DNA of 64,000 bases from Eledone cirrhosa (GCA_964016885.1 OZ024742.1:182714001-182778000), one strand, 5' to 3'; shown: positions 31,061 to 49,299, counted from the first letter of the stretch. The notes: generated by a model not told the origin, from the letters alone. A program made the numbers and translations.

Positions 31061-31210
31061 GATAAATCTACCAAGAGTTTACGGTAGTGTCCAATCCGTA
31101 TGAAGAACTCAATGTAATCCGGATATCATGGAAAGAAGAGATGCATTCAAAAATCACTTTCGGTGAAAGATAAACGGAATACAGAGTCAATTTTTTTTTT
31201 TTTTTTTTTA

Positions 31211-31262
<52 letters not shown>

Positions 31263-31403
31263 TATGTATATATATCTATCTACACATATATATACATATC
31301 TGTATATTTATATACCTAGAGAGAGACAGAGATGTCTGTGTCGATGTGAACCTAATATAACTATAAAATTGTCTCCTGTGTTTTGTTTATTTCATTTATT
31401 TAC

Positions 31404-31407
<4 letters not shown>

Positions 31408-31472
<65 letters not shown>

Positions 31473-31618
31473 ATATTTATATTTATATATATATATATAT
31501 ATATTTATATATTTATGTATATATATATATTTATATATATATATTTATATATATATATATATATTATATATATATATATATATTATATATATATATATAT
31601 TATATTATATATATATAT

Positions 31619-31650
<32 letters not shown>

Positions 31651-31662
31651 ATATATATATAT

Positions 31663-31694
<32 letters not shown>

Positions 31695-31870
31695 ATATAT
31701 ATATATTTATATATATATATATTATATATATATATATTATATATATATTATATATATATATTTATATATATATATATTATATATATATATTTATATATAT
31801 ATATTATATATATATATTTATATATATATATATATATCTTATATATATATATTTATATATATATACTCAC

Positions 31871-31919
<49 letters not shown>

Positions 31920-31922
31920 TGT
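31408..31922. repeat. Interrupted (TA)n / (TG)n array
   Basis: Direct reading. Confidence 0.95.
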
Positions 31923-32229
31923 AATACACATACACACACACACATCACCGTATATGGATGTAATACAGACAGGCTTACTTACATCCATATACGCACACGC
32001 CGGATCGATACAGCCGTAATCACGTAAAACCACGTAACATACACATCGGTTGTATAATAAATCAAAATGATACTTTACGTGTTATATGTACATCATTTAT
32101 ATAAAATCTTGGTGCGTGTGGAGGGTCTACATGTATATATATATATATATATACATCTATATGGTGGTGTGTGTGTATATATACATATGTGTCTATATAT
32201 ATAGTGTGTGTATGTATATATATATATAT

Positions 32230-32390
32230 AACGAAGGAGGTGTGGTAAGGAACCAGATGGACCATAACGCACCAGAGTACTCAATACTTAGGGTAGTAGA
32301 GTGGGTAATAGAAAAATGTATGACCCCGACGGCAGAGCTCAAGCCGTTGGAACGGGTTGAGCTCTGCCATCGGCGTCATGTATTTCCCTA
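32230..32390. mobile_element. (TA)n-embedded tail + fold-back element, family H, copy 3
   Basis: Same tail as copies 1 and 2; imperfect 40-bp arms 32309-32348 / 32351-32390. Confidence 0.85.
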
Positions 32391-32789
32391 TATATATATA
32401 TATATAGTTAAAAGAATAGAGGTGTAACACACAAGTTAAAAACTTAAAACCACAACTGAATACTAACCCATACAATCACTAATACTCTTTTATTCCTAAT
32501 TAAACCATTTTTCAACTGTGAACAATTTGTCAGCATTTTCTATTCCGTTTACCAATATATATATATATATATACAGGGAAATGCATGACGCCGAAATGAT
32601 AGTAAATAAATGGAAACTATATTTATAAAACCATATTTATTCTATTATATATATTTCAAGGGTACCAACATTTTGGTACGCTATCATCAGATAAAATACG
32701 AAGTGTGTTTTATAAATGTTGACATAACCAAGGAAAACATGCCAAAAATATGCAATAACTAATGTAATGATGAAAGAATGGTATTTAAC

Positions 32790-35253
32790 TAATGTATCGG
32801 TACGCGATGGGGCGCCACCCACAGCCCCGGCGGACAGAATAGAGAAGGCGTTTCCCCGGAGGACGACAAGGGAGACGCGCTGGAAAAGCCACTCCAACTC
32901 GCGGGGCTCACACCTGCGGCTGGCCAGCTCCTCGCCTATGGTGGTGAGTAAGGAGGTAGCCCTGGGGCCGAGAACACCAGAAGTTTCCACTGCCAGGGGA
33001 ACGACCGCAAACCTGTCGGAGAGCGACCGGTATTTGAGGAGTTTGGCCCGCTCAGCCCGACGTGCAGCAGAACCTGGGTCAGTCGCAGACTGCACCAGGT
33101 TGCGGCTGCAGAAAGTGTCGGTGCAAGTGGCATCCCAGACGAGGGGTTTGCCACCGCGGAACGGGAAGATGGTCATGCCATCTGGCCTTTTGCCGTCCCC
33201 TCGATCCAGCCCCACCGGCTCGAGCTGGGAAGGGAAGCCTGCAGCGTCCAAGCCATGCTTAATGACCTCGTTGAGAGCAGTATGGCGTGGAATGCGGCCG
33301 GCACTGTGGCGACAGGAAAGCGGGTGGAGGCCGAAAGAGTCCACGGTGGAACCGCAGCGACATTGGTGTGGCTGGCAGATCCGGAGGCCGAGCCTCAGGG
33401 AAACGCCGATTCGCAGGCTATGGTTGTCTAGCTGCATGCCAGTGGAGAAGGAGGGCAGAGCATGGAGCCAGGCACTACTGTGGGGTTTGGAGGCCGCACG
33501 AAAACAAGCAACGTGGTGCTGGTCGAGCTGGCCCGTGAGCCTGTCTGGGGCCATGCTGCACAGGCATCCCAAGTACGTTGGGGGGACTTGACATCAACAG
33601 GGGAAGAAGGAGGAGGGGCGTCTACTGGGCTAAGTCCCAGCCGGTTCCACGTCTCACAGGCGACCTCACGTTCTCTGAATACAGAGGGTTCTGTTGTGTT
33701 TTGAAGAACCCTGCTGACGACGACGCGACACGAGGTTACCGACGAAAGATACGGCGGCAAAGCTAGTGAGATCGAGGATCGGAGGCCTAGGCCGCCATAC
33801 CTGACCGGTAAAGTGGCCTGTTGCCATCCTATGTCGTCAAACTTGACGTTGCATATCCCCTCGGCTGCTGCTCGGATACAAGTATTGAGGTTAGCGAGGA
33901 GAGATGTCTGGGTGTAGCATGGAGCGCTGCTGAGTGTATAGAGGAGCTTCGGCATGGCGAAGCAGTTCCTCAGCAGAAAGAGAGCTGGATGGCCGTCAAT
34001 CAAGCCCAGTCGGCTCGTGAGTGTCTGGAGCTGTTGAAGCCTGGACCTGATGGTGGAGCGGATGGCCGGCGGGTGGATCGGTGACCCGAGGATGAGGACA
34101 CGCTCTTTGGGGGTCACCTGAACCTGGCGGAGAATGGACCGCACGTCCAAGACGGAGGCTGCAAAGCTCGTAGCATCGAGGCTGACGTTCACCACCTCCG
34201 ACTTGGCCGAGTTGACCTGGAGGCCGATTTCCGCCAGGGCAGGAATCACCGATTGAAGGTCTTGGCAGACCGTCTGTACGGGCCCGCCCAACGTAGCATC
34301 ATCCAGATTACCAAACGTACGTTGAGAGGGGCCGTGATACACCGGGCGATGTGGTCAATACCAAGGGCGAATAGGAGGGGTCCCAAAGGGTCGCCCTGTT
34401 GGACCCCAGTAGCCGAGGGTATGACCGTATCAGCAGCTAGGAGCATGCTCGGGGCTCCATATGACAGGTAGGCCAGCGAGTAGGCAGAGGGGGCTCGGCT
34501 GCGGCAGGCCTCGGGCAGATGATCCCGGCGTAAAGAGTTAAAGGCATTCCTCATGTCAAGCTTGACAATGAGGTTCCTGGAGTCCCTGGATGCCGGTACC
34601 GATGGGCAGCTGCTGAAGAACTGCCTGATTGCATGAGAGGCTCCCTCACAGCCACCGGACACGCCGACACCCAGTTGCATCGGACTAAACTCCTCACCCA
34701 GTTCGTGTGTGACGGACTTGCAGATCACCTTGGCAGCCAGCCTCCGGAAGACATTGCCCACAGCAATGGGGCGTATTCCACCCTCTTTCTTCCAGAGAGC
34801 GGTGAGGCTGGCCGAAAAAAAGAGGCCGCGGGCGTAAGGATCGAGAGCACCATGAATGAGCCTATTGGTGAGCGCCACAATTGCACTCAGAGGCGGCGCC
34901 CGGCCTCAGCGGAGAGGGGGGTGTCAACTCCTTGAGGTGGCCTGGTCGGAGACCATCAACAGCTCCGCAGCTGCTAGCTGGGAAGGACCTGATGGCGGAC
35001 ATGATATCTGCATCAGTAGCCACAAGGAGCAGGTGGGGGTCGTGTGGGGGTATGAGTCTGAGATCAGTGGGTGGCTCAGGGTGTTTGAGCCGCAGAGCAG
35101 CCAGGATCTCCTCGGTGGAATGGAGGACAGTGTCCTCTGAGGCAACAACTCTGACTGCGGCCGAGACATCACCCATGATAAGCTTTGCGTTTACCTGGTC
35201 ACGCAAACGCTTGGCGATGGCCTCGGGGGTGGAGGATAGGGGGTTTCCTTGGA
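32790..35253 (-). pseudogene. 5'-truncated CRE-clade non-LTR retrotransposon (RT + CCHC + restriction-like endonuclease)
   Basis: DGLRPGHLKE, GGIRPIAVG..RRL, QLGVG..GGCE, KLDMRNAFN, GVQQGDPLGP, (Y)LDD, LPVRYGGLGL, CRCG..H..SC, RH, KRPDG..WDATC.DT, PLAVETSG, FQRVSL..RGNA; at least 3 frameshifts (near 34900, 34320, 33560). Confidence 0.9.
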
Positions 35254-35544
35254 AATATATATATATATATATATATACTATGTATCTGTTGGTGGTTACT
35301 TAATAGTAACTAATGTTTCTTTTTTGTATTCTTTAATCTTTTGAAGTTGCACCATTGATAACATATTTATGAAAGGAAGAGAGAGCCTATTTTTATGGAA
35401 TGAAAAAGGACCTATGGTCTCTTACAGTCAACATCATCTCTAAAGTAGTTTCACTTGACATTTACACCTTCTGACCATACAGAAGAAGCGCTTCATTTAT
35501 TTTATTTTTTTTCGCTTTTGTATATATTTTTGCTAAGTCTCACA

Positions 35545-35815
35545 TCTGAGATGCCAGCCGCTGGGGCACACTCTCAGGGGCCAACCTCATCGTTTTGGCT
35601 ACAAACCTGAGCATTGCCACCCGTAACGACGTAAATGAGGCGAAGATAATTAAATACGGGGACTTGACTGGCCGTTTCCTTTTTGTGCAAGTTGCCATCG
35701 AGACCTCCAGTGCTTTCGGTCCCTGGGCAGTAATTTTCTTCCGTAAGATCGGCAGGAGGGTATCGCGTCTGTGGAGAGGAGTTCCGTGAAACGGCAATGC
35801 TTTCATCATCTTAAC
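35545..35815 (+). pseudogene. CRE-type 3' (RLE) fragment, diverged family
   Basis: EAKIIKYGDLTGRFLFVQVAIETSSAFGP..KIGRR. Confidence 0.7.
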
Positions 35816-36399
35816 AACAGATTTACCACCTAGGCAAGGGTTCAGAGTTTGCTCATCCTAATTTCTCTCCCTTTCTTTTATTTATTTTGTTTTTCCCCTT
35901 CTATTTTTTCTCACTTTCTGTATATAAATATATACATTTGATGGTGAAAGATTGAATCAATAAAATTATTTATATCATTTTTAAAAAGCTTAATTATAGA
36001 AGGAAGGTCAGCATCTATGGCGCTTTTGTATGGCCTTTGAGACTGGTGGGGGTGATGGGAGGTATTTATCCTCAGAAGGAAGGTCAGCATCTATGGCGCT
36101 TTTGTATGGCCTTTGAGACTGGTGCGAGTGATGGGAAGAAATTATCCTCAGACCAAGTCTCTATTTTAAGCATTCATATCAAAGATCTAGTCGGAATGTT
36201 TGCAACACAATGGACTCCGCTAAATAAACATCATGCAGTGGAGTTAATAGGAAGATGTATTAGAACTACTACTGTCGCATCGCTTGAAATACTCTTACCC
36301 TTTCTTTACTGGCTACCTATAACCTCAATTCATCTGTCTACTCCAAGTTTGGGGCATTCCTTTCAATTCGTACATTTGCAGCGTGTACTTATAGAACTA

Positions 36400-36564
<165 letters not shown>

Positions 36565-36659
36565 TTGTTTCTCTCTGACTATTAAATTAACGTGTGAACG
36601 CCAAAGTTTTCGTCTGTCCCCCACATATTCCACTAACGACTTACTTGCTGTCCTCTCCA

Positions 36660-37200
36660 ACAACACCTACTTTTATGAAGATGGTATCACATTTCATCCT
36701 CCGATAGCATTCCGCACCTAAACGCTAACTACATGCAGCCTAATCACGTTACGCCAAATCTGCACTGACTCAATTAATGAGACCTCGAAAACCTTCTCTG
36801 ATGTGATCATACCAATACGATCTCCATCAACAACACAAATACACAAACATAATACATATCAAGTGACCGCACATCTTCAGTGAAAAAACCGCATCTAAGA
36901 GACTCTTCTCCCCTTCAGAGCTAGAAAATGCTTCAACCCGTCTACAAAACTCACGTTGCACCCAGAATTTCTTTCCGTCGTTCTTGTCACCACTACAGTG
37001 ACCTCTGTTCATCAGACTGGCTTGACTCATTCCACCTTCTCCCCCTTATCACCTAATTACGTTCTCTCTCAGACTCCTCACAAACTACTACTCTCTATAC
37101 CTTCCTCCTTTCAACTTCTGTTTTAAAGAATTCCTTCTCTTCTCTAGCGTTTACCTTTTATCAACTTGCAATTACCCGACGTCAAAAGTCCCGGTGTACA
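36660..37200 (+). pseudogene. Highly decayed CR1/L2-type LINE fragment
   Basis: Residual FYEDGIT (YADD-like), HIFSEKTASKRL, ARKCFNP, HYSDLCSSD..IPP, TNYYSL. Confidence 0.4.
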
Positions 37201-40200
37201 TGCCAAGGCCATATTACTGCTCATTTCCCACAGAGTAATCAAATAAAAATGAAACAAAGAAAAAATGATTTCTTAAAATATCTTTTAATTTTCTTCGGGT
37301 TCAATTTTGATTAATTTACTTTTCAATGTTTAACCAAGTCGCTATATGTGCTAGACCACCTCTGGTTAATATCAATCATGGGCGGAATCAGCATGCACGG
37401 AGCCACAAGCTGAAAATTTCATCGGGGCCCTTGTATGTTATTTATGCTCGTAAAAATGTTAATTTGAGGCATTTTAGATAATGTGGGGACTCTAACTACA
37501 GCGCAATTAACCCCCGTCCTCATTAATCCACCTTTGATAATAGTCTGCTCATTCATACTCGTCATCATCATTATCCTTTAACGTCCATTTTCCTTGCTAA
37601 CAAGCTTTAAACGGGTGTCCACTGATCAAGTCAGTACTTAATTGAAGCCACAGATCTCACATATAGGCCGGGATCTCATCTCGTGTACGTACATTTCTGC
37701 ACTCTACAGATCACCGTGCATGTTATCATAGCACCAGCTCTAGAGGGGTCATGTTCTTGACACAGGTAAAGAATATTCTCTAAGCTTGAAATTGCATTTT
37801 AAACATTAATTGTGATTTGATGTTCTAATATGTAAATCGGTTTATGTTTAAAAGTTTCGTCAATGTGATTGAATAAAGACACAGATAGACAGGCGGGAAT
37901 GATAGCTGGCTACAGGGTGTCTTGTTGGTATTCATACCAAGTTCCTTGCACTATATTTTGTCTACTTGGACTTGACCAATACAGTTAACACAATAGCAAT
38001 TTCGAGCTCAGTCCGATTAGATAAAAATATGTATCATCGATAATGATACTTTTTGGAGTGATTAATTAAGCAAGCTTTCAGATCAGGTCTCTAGTCAAAA
38101 GATAATTTCCTCTTTTCCTACATCATTTTCATGGATCATCAAAGGATAATGTGGACTACATTTTCGCCCCTGACTAAGTTGTTAGAATAGATGTAGGTGA
38201 AGGGCACTTAACTCCTGGGGGACAATGTGTCTTGGGCATTTTAGACCTGGTGTAACCCACCCCACTTCAGGTTAGAACGTAGCCGATATTTATTACTTAT
38301 AAAGAAAGGGTGAGAGTGTGAGAGAGAAAGGGCGAGGAAGAGTGGTAAAGGAAGAATCAACCCCAGTATTGAACTGGTGTTTTATTTATCGACTTCTAAA
38401 AGTTTCAAATCCCTTGATGATATTTGAACACTAAGTGTAGTAAGCCGGAATAAATAGCAATGCATTTTTCTAATCTGACGCCCTAACGACTAACGCAATT
38501 CGCCGCCTTCCTACATTAACCATAAAGAGATGGAATTCAATAACGCAAGATGTTTAATCCAGTGTTGTAACTTCTTGTGATTCAATTCTCTTAGTTTTGA
38601 TAATCAGCCACAATAATCGCGCGTGTGTGTGTGTGTGTGTGTGTGTGTACGTATGTATGTATATGTCTGTAATACTGAAATTTACACGCACAAACATACG
38701 CACATACACACAATGAGTCAGGTTATTATAATAAGGAATTCACTTTCCAGTCACAAGGTCATGTGTTCTAACCCTACATTTATCTCTGTATGTCATTTGT
38801 ACATGCATTCTGAACATTTATGTAATTATAGCTTAGAAATAAATTATTAAAATAGCATTCTTATTTTAATCACTTCCATGTGCTGGTAATCAACATACGG
38901 TTGTAATCAATACACGGTTTCTCTTATGCAGACCTTAAATTTATGAAAACGAAAATTTCCTAATTTGTACGATTACACATATATTCAGCAATCCTGGTAC
39001 ATGTGGCATACCAATCCTGGACTTCAAAAATTAAATATACGCTGTTGCTGTCATTATTAAAGGTACAGGGCAACGATGCGTAGGTTTGAATATATAGCTA
39101 TCAATTATAATAAATATATGGGTGGAAAAAAATATTGATAGTATTATGAGGTTACCACCGAAATAACGACGAGAAAGGAAGCGATGGAAATAAAGTGGTA
39201 AATATGATACTATAGTAACGAACATGATACTACAGTAGTGAATGAGAAACTAAAACGGTAAAGATGATACTGAACAATGGGAACAATACACTGGAGTGGT
39301 TTTTGTACGTAAATCAAGAAAGCAGAATCTCTACACTAAAGTAAAACATTTCAGTTCTTTTTCGTTCAAAAGTTCTAAATGTCATGCCTATGTGCACAAG
39401 GTGACTGATATTCACTCCATTGTGACAAATTCACTAAATGATTACAAGATACACGCACACTAAAGATTTCGCAGCAACAACAACTTTTCGCTTAACGACA
39501 TATGATATGCTATTCAAGAATCTGAGTATGTGCAAGGTTTCTGGATGTATAGTATTAGCATAACAGTGAAATACATCTTAGTTTTAACCATTTGTGAAAT
39601 GTTAATATGATTGTCTACCTCCAATGTAAGAATAAAAAAGAAGTTAAAATATCTTAAGGAAATTATTTGACCCGTAGCTTAAGCTACTAACAAGAAATAG
39701 GCTCGAGTGGAAGTTTTAAGTACTTGATAAAATAAAAAAGGAAATGAGCAAATCGTCAGATCGGACGAAAGAAACAATGTTTCCATTAGTTTTTTTTATG
39801 GTTATTTCTGTCTGTTAGTCGCAACTCCTGGCAGAAAAAACAACGTAAAATAAAGTATTTTGCTGAAGAACACAACACGCCGGCTAGTGTAGTAATCGAA
39901 CCCACAACTTTATGAACGTGAATCTAATCACTAGAGCGCGTATCCTCACATAATAAGGGTTTCTAATTTTGTCTAGTACTTGACTGTTTCTCTGTTTTAT
40001 CGACCCCAGAAGGATGAAAAACAAAGGTGACCTCGGTGGCATTTGAACTGAAAACGTAAAGTGCTGGAACATTTATTGCTAAACATTTGTCCGACCTTCG
40101 AACGAGTCTGCCAATCCAGTGCCCTGAATAATTATTTCTAGCATTGGCACAAGGCTAGTAATTTTGTAAGTACCAACAAAGTGGATGATATCGCTGCAGT

Positions 40201-41089
40201 ACTTAACACGTATTTTATTTTATTGAACCCGGGAAGGTGAATGTTAAAGTTGACACTGGCCGGATTTGAACTCATAACGTAATGAACTGGAAAAAATACT
40301 GGTAAGCCTTTGTCCGACGCTGTAACGACCTTGCCAATTCGTCGCTCTGTTGTTTTATTTTATCAACCCAGTAAGGATGAAACGCAAAGTTAACCTCGGC
40401 TGGTTTTGAACAACAAATGTAAAGGGACGTAATTCTATGCCACAAAATATGCTGTCCGATACCTTATTCATACTACTAATCCCCCGCCCTAAATAATATA
40501 ATAATAAAATACGCTTGAAAGAATGTTATTATATAGTTTATTATAACAAGAGTAACAAGACAGTAGTCTGTTACAGAAATGGCCAAAATAAATACGAGTG
40601 GGATATACCATTCTAAAATAGAAAAAACGTATTAAGTATAGTTTCATGATAACAGTATTCAGCAGATTAGTTTCAGACAGCGAAGAACAAGACTGTGTGT
40701 TGGGGCGAAATATAATGTTTACACAAGGTGAGAATAATAGAGCAAAGGCCAAGAAGAACTCGAGTGTATTTCTACAAACAAGGTAGGAAATCAGCATAGC
40801 AACAGTATCATTTACAAACATTTAGAGTGATGCTAAGACAAATATATTGGAATATATAGTTCCAAGAAAAACTAATTTCAGTATCAAGCGATGCAGCGTT
40901 GAAGTCTATTACAGCAAACATATATCAACTTAGCTAACAAGAATCAGATATAAATTTGGTTTTGTTTTATTTTACTTTTATGGTAGATATAATTTGCTGA
41001 AAAATGTAAACAGTACGTAAAATAAAAACAATAGTATAAATAAACATTCTACTAATATTGTCGCTATTTTGTATGACTCTATATGTGTG

Positions 41090-41124
<35 letters not shown>

Positions 41125-41518
41125 CGGATTCAATCTGGGTTACCACAGTTAGCAAGGTACTCAAAACCCCAGTTTTAAAATGTTCAAGGAACGCCATATG
41201 TCACGACAGTAATCCTACGACTCAGTCGTGAGGTAAAGGATCTAAATAAACAAGGTTTGGGTAGGAGGGAAATTCGGTTGCTTTTTTAACAGTTCTAGTT
41301 TCCATGTAGAATCTCTGTCATTGACTCAGTTTTGCATATATAAATGGTCGCTATCAGTATGACCTCAGTTGCGTATCATTATAGCTAACAATTATAAACG
41401 GAATAATTGTACACATGGCATAATCATTGTAATTCCTTAGCTTAATTTTTTAAATCTCACTCATGCACATCATAGTCTTTGGGTATTGCCATGTCAATTA
41501 TTCGTATCCTAGAAAATA

Positions 41519-41697
41519 ATTGTTTCTACTTTAGGCACAAGGCCAGCAATTACCCAGTACACTACTTGTACTTTATTTTATCGACCCCGTAAGGATGAAA
41601 GGCAAAGTTAACCTCGGCGGGATTTGAACTCAAACCGTAAAGGGACGTAACTATGCTAGAAAGCATGGCGTCCAACCCTCTACCGAAACTGCCAATT
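41519..41697 (-). mobile_element. tRNA-derived SINE A with 11-bp TSD
   Basis: TAGAAAATAAT at 41510-41520 and 41698-41708. Confidence 0.92.
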
Positions 41698-41798
41698 TAG
41701 AAAATAATGTCAGGCTTATAGTGTGGCAATTTGTGGCTCTTGGTTAAACTAAAGTTCCATAGATTCTTCACCTAAACCATGTTCTGAGACTAAACGTT

Positions 41799-44819
<3,021 letters not shown>

Positions 44820-45178
44820 AACGTTTTTAGGCCTTGTGGTGAATGAATTATCTTAAGATATAGGGCGCTGGATTGACATTATCAGTAGAATGTCGGCCAA
44901 AATGCTTTGCAGCATTTAGTTACGCCCCTTTACGTTAAAATCCTGCGACAGTCAAATTTACTTATCATCCATCCGGAGTTGTTAAAATAAAATAGCGGTA
45001 AAGTACTGTGTTTATATAATCATCTTTTCCCATTCCCTCCAAAATTGTTAGCCATGTACCTAAATTAGAAATAATTATTTCAATATATAATACGCATGTT
45101 TTTGTTGCTTTGTTGATAACAGAAGTTATTCTGTGTTGCCATGTACGCATGTCCCACGATAATGAGAGCAAACACTAT

Positions 45179-45222
<44 letters not shown>

Positions 45223-45224
<2 letters not shown>

Positions 45225-45317
45225 CCGATGTTAACTTTGCCTTACGGGGCCGATAAAATAAAGTACCAGTAATGTACTGTGTATTTGCTGGCCTTGTGCC
45301 AAAAGTAGAAACAATTA
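45223..45317 (+). mobile_element. 5'-truncated SINE A in (TA)n
   Basis: 3' half of SINE A with a small internal deletion. Confidence 0.8.
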
Positions 45318-45569
45318 TATATATATATCCTTTAAAATATGTTAACAAATACCATTATTTATATCATAATTCAATTTACAATTGTTTCATCCTCGTAGCA
45401 CTCATCGGATAGGAGTTCATATAATATATTTTTTTAATTGTATGTAGCTGTGTGTACAGTTTATTATAATAAAGTCTTGTATTTTGAGCTGATATAATGT
45501 TTTCACCAACACCTTTCCAGCTTTTATATTTGAAAACGAATTTCTTTATATGAACATATATATGTACGT

Positions 45570-45571
<2 letters not shown>

Positions 45572-45668
<97 letters not shown>

Positions 45669-45675
45669 CGTGCGT
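45572..45675. repeat. (GT)n microsatellite
   Basis: Direct reading. Confidence 0.95.
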
Positions 45676-46020
45676 CTAGGTGTATGTATGTGGGGGGAAG
45701 GTGCTGGTATCCACCTGCTTATGGTGGGGTCGATAACATTGTTAGAACTCAATATAGTTTCAACGAGATTAGGCGTTGAGAGGTATAGTTTTTGTCGTAG
45801 GCTCTCATCACATTGTTTCTGGGGAAGACGGTGTGATTAATCATGGATTTCGAGATTAGAAATAGGTTATTACATAACAACAACCTGTTAGTCAATATAT
45901 AGATTTAGCATGATCAATCAACCTTCCGAGACGATCGTAAAACAATAAACTAATTAAGAACCTATCTTCGGCTTTTACTTTATTTTCATTGTTCAATACA
46001 CACACACACATATACACACT

Positions 46021-46065
<45 letters not shown>

Positions 46066-46953
46066 CAGCCTCCTGTTATTTTATTTATAATAATTAACTC
46101 CGTATTAGCACCATCAACTACACAAACGAAGTCGGGTTAACTGCACTACGTTGATTGACCATACGGAATGACCAATTCTATCCAGTGGTGAACCAACAAA
46201 CCTATATATATATACTTATGGTATTTGATTGTTGGAATGGGTTGTAGCGGTGTGATGGTGGGTGTGTTAGTGGCAGATTGAAAATTACGAATGCCAAGGG
46301 AAACTTAGAGTTTGAAGCTCCTTCAGACAATATTGTAAACATGATGTTATTAGATTTGATGTATTTTAATAATACATTTCATTTTTTGACGAATATTAAT
46401 GCTCCTCTACTGGGGTATTTGTTTTATTAACATTAGTTAGATTATCTCCCTTCCTTCATTCATCGTTCTTCACTGAATACCTCCTCTCTCTCTCTATCTA
46501 TCTCTATCTATCTATCTATCTCTCACACTATTCTGTTTTGTTTATTTATCTATCATTCTACATTTGCTTGCATCCATTCATGTATATTTTGACAACTGGC
46601 TCTAACAATGTCATTGCGTGTTAAAGCGTCTCTAATGTTGCTCCTATGTACGCTTGCATCTGTATGTATGTACGTATGTGTGTATCTGGGTTTGAGTCAG
46701 TGTGTGTGAGTGTCCTTATGTGTGTGTTTATGTATGTGTGTGCGTATTAGTTACATACATGTGTGTGTAAAGAGAGATAAGTATATATATATACATATGT
46801 GTGTGTGTGTGTATGTGTGTGTGTGTGTGTGCGTGTAAACAATGACCACCAAACTGTAGAAGTCAGTATGGCTGGGTAATACCGTGGGAACTGGTGAGGA
46901 GTTGACAGGAAAACAGGTGAAATGTCACGAGCTGAAATGGGAGGGGAGAACAT

Positions 46954-47200
46954 ATGGTGGTGGTGGTGGTGGTGGTGCTGCTGCTGTGGTGATAGTCGTG
47001 GTGGTAGTGGTAGTAGTGGTGGTGGTGGCGATGGTGGTGGTGGCGGTGGTGGTGGTGCTACTGCTGGTGATAGTGTGGGTAGCAGTGGTAGGCTAATGGT
47101 GTTCGTGATGGTGGTGGTAGTGTGGTGGTGGTGGTAGTGTGGTGGTGGTGGTGTTACTGGTGGTTTTGGTGGAGGTGTTGGTGATAGTGGTGGAAATGAT
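46954..47200. repeat. (GGT)n-derived trinucleotide repeat
   Basis: Direct reading. Confidence 0.9.
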
Positions 47201-47699
47201 GGTTGATATTATTAGCAACATTTGGTTATTGACAGTTAAGCATCGTGTCAGGACTGATTAAAGAAACATATGTTCAAAGGGGTTCCAGCCGTCACCATTC
47301 CAACTTTATACATATCAGGATTGACATCGACCAATGTAGACTTAATTTGATACAGGGAGTAGCGATTGGGGGGAGATTTGGCTACTATTTGTAGCATGCC
47401 GATAGACCACGTAGAGGTTCTCTGGTTGATGCGTGGTTGTGATAATTGTAGTTTTGCAATAGCGCGTATTATTATTATCATTACGGCCTTTTACGTTCTG
47501 AGTTCAAATCTCGCACAGGTTAACTATGCCTTTTATCCTTACTGGGTCGATAGCAGCAGCAGGTCTGATCGAGCGGAATTATGATCTACGGTTTTCTAGA
47601 CGTGACCCTTCCATCATTTTGTATAAGATAGTGGGGTATGATTTATGATTTGAGAGACGTTTTGCTGCTATTCCTAGCAGGTCAGGTGACGACGTAGCG

Positions 47700-47874
47700 C
47701 AGGGATTCCTAACAGTTTTATTCCCAAGGAATCAGTTTATGTAAAATGAATTTTTCCACGGACCCCAGGTTTTTAAAAGGAATGACTACCCAACAAGAAG
47801 ACGGATCCATGTGAAACTCGTGTGAAACCCATGTATTCACCTGTTTATCCCGGACCATAGTTTAGGAACCGCTG
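47700..47874. mobile_element. Possible hAT-type MITE
   Basis: Imperfect TIRs CAGGGATTCCTAA / TTAGGAACCGCTG; flanks ACGTAGCG / ACATAGAC could be a decayed 8-bp TSD. Confidence 0.45.
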
Positions 47875-48385
47875 ACATAGACGACCCCTCAATATTTCAG
47901 ACAAAAATAGTGTAGTAGTTAATTGTTATTGTAGTAAATGGCTTACGGAAGCTTATATTTCTCTACATCCTTAACATTTCAAAGTCTGCGTTACAAACAT
48001 TACCCTTCTTCAAATCCAGAACGGATGTCAATCCTTAATCCCTAATCTTCCATAAAACTCACGTGAAATTCACGTTGGTATACAGCCCCAACACTTGTTG
48101 CATTTAACTATTTTAGTTGCATTTAACTATTTTGAAACTAAGGACACACACACAATGAGATCGAAATCATCGTCTATCGATCTAGACCCATATATATGTG
48201 TGTGTGCCTGTATATATGTGTGTGGGGTAGTATGCTCAGGCACAGAAAATAGTCAAATGCTATAAAATAGTTAATAAAATACGGTAAATTCCCTTAGAGA
48301 TATAGGTTGCTAGCCGCCTCTTTATCCTCTCAACGCTTCCTACGTTCGAAAGTTCGAGCTTCCTATACGTTGGTTGTTATATATA

Positions 48386-48491
<106 letters not shown>

Positions 48492-48643
48492 TCCACAAGT
48501 TATCTTTACAACTTCCATATTGATGAGGAAATGGTCCCACGCACATGATCAGAAAATGAACATTGTCTAAATGTGTTGCGACAACAACTGGAGACGGCAT
48601 TGAAGTGTTCTGATGTTTTAATACAACTTGATATATATATGTA

Positions 48644-48696
<53 letters not shown>

Positions 48697-49077
48697 GGGC
48701 ATTAACTCTCTCTCTATATATATATAAAATGTCGATAAACTATTCTTTTCCATATGAAATTTTTTTTTTAAATTCGAACAAGTGAAGATAAATCTACAGA
48801 GTTTATTGGAAAAGATCAGTGTGTGTGTGTGTCAAAGCCTAACCTAAAACCTAGTGGGAAATACATGTCCTAAAGTGTCATTATATCAATGCAAATTCTA
48901 CTTTCATTGCTCGTACAACACTAATGTCATTTCTACATGACTGGCAACAACGAAGACAGCCGGAAGTTGTTGTGCTCCTCCCCTCCATACTTGAACACGC
49001 AAACTCATGTTGACTATTCTCATTAGTTGTTTTATTTTGTTCATTAAAGTAAATTTAGTGAGCTTATTTTCATACAT

Positions 49078-49108
<31 letters not shown>

Positions 49109-49256
49109 CGTCCCTTTACGTTCTTAGCTCAAATCTCATCGAGTCTAGCTTTGCCTTTCATCATTAGGAGGTGGATAAATTAAAGAACCAGTAACTGGGG
49201 TCAATTGGTCGACTTTCCTTTTCCCCAAAACTGTGCATAAATCTGAAATGGATATA

Positions 49257-49296
<40 letters not shown>

Positions 49297-49299
<3 letters not shown>

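Noticed and set aside
32767-33591. 274-aa plus-strand ORF and other plus-strand ORFs over the CRE and CR1 elements
   Set aside because: Antisense shadows of GC-richer retrotransposon coding sequence
35998-36127. Short direct duplication (also 13213-13270 and 56885-56960)
   Set aside because: Ordinary two-copy local tandem duplications; the 182-aa ORF over it ends in (CT)n
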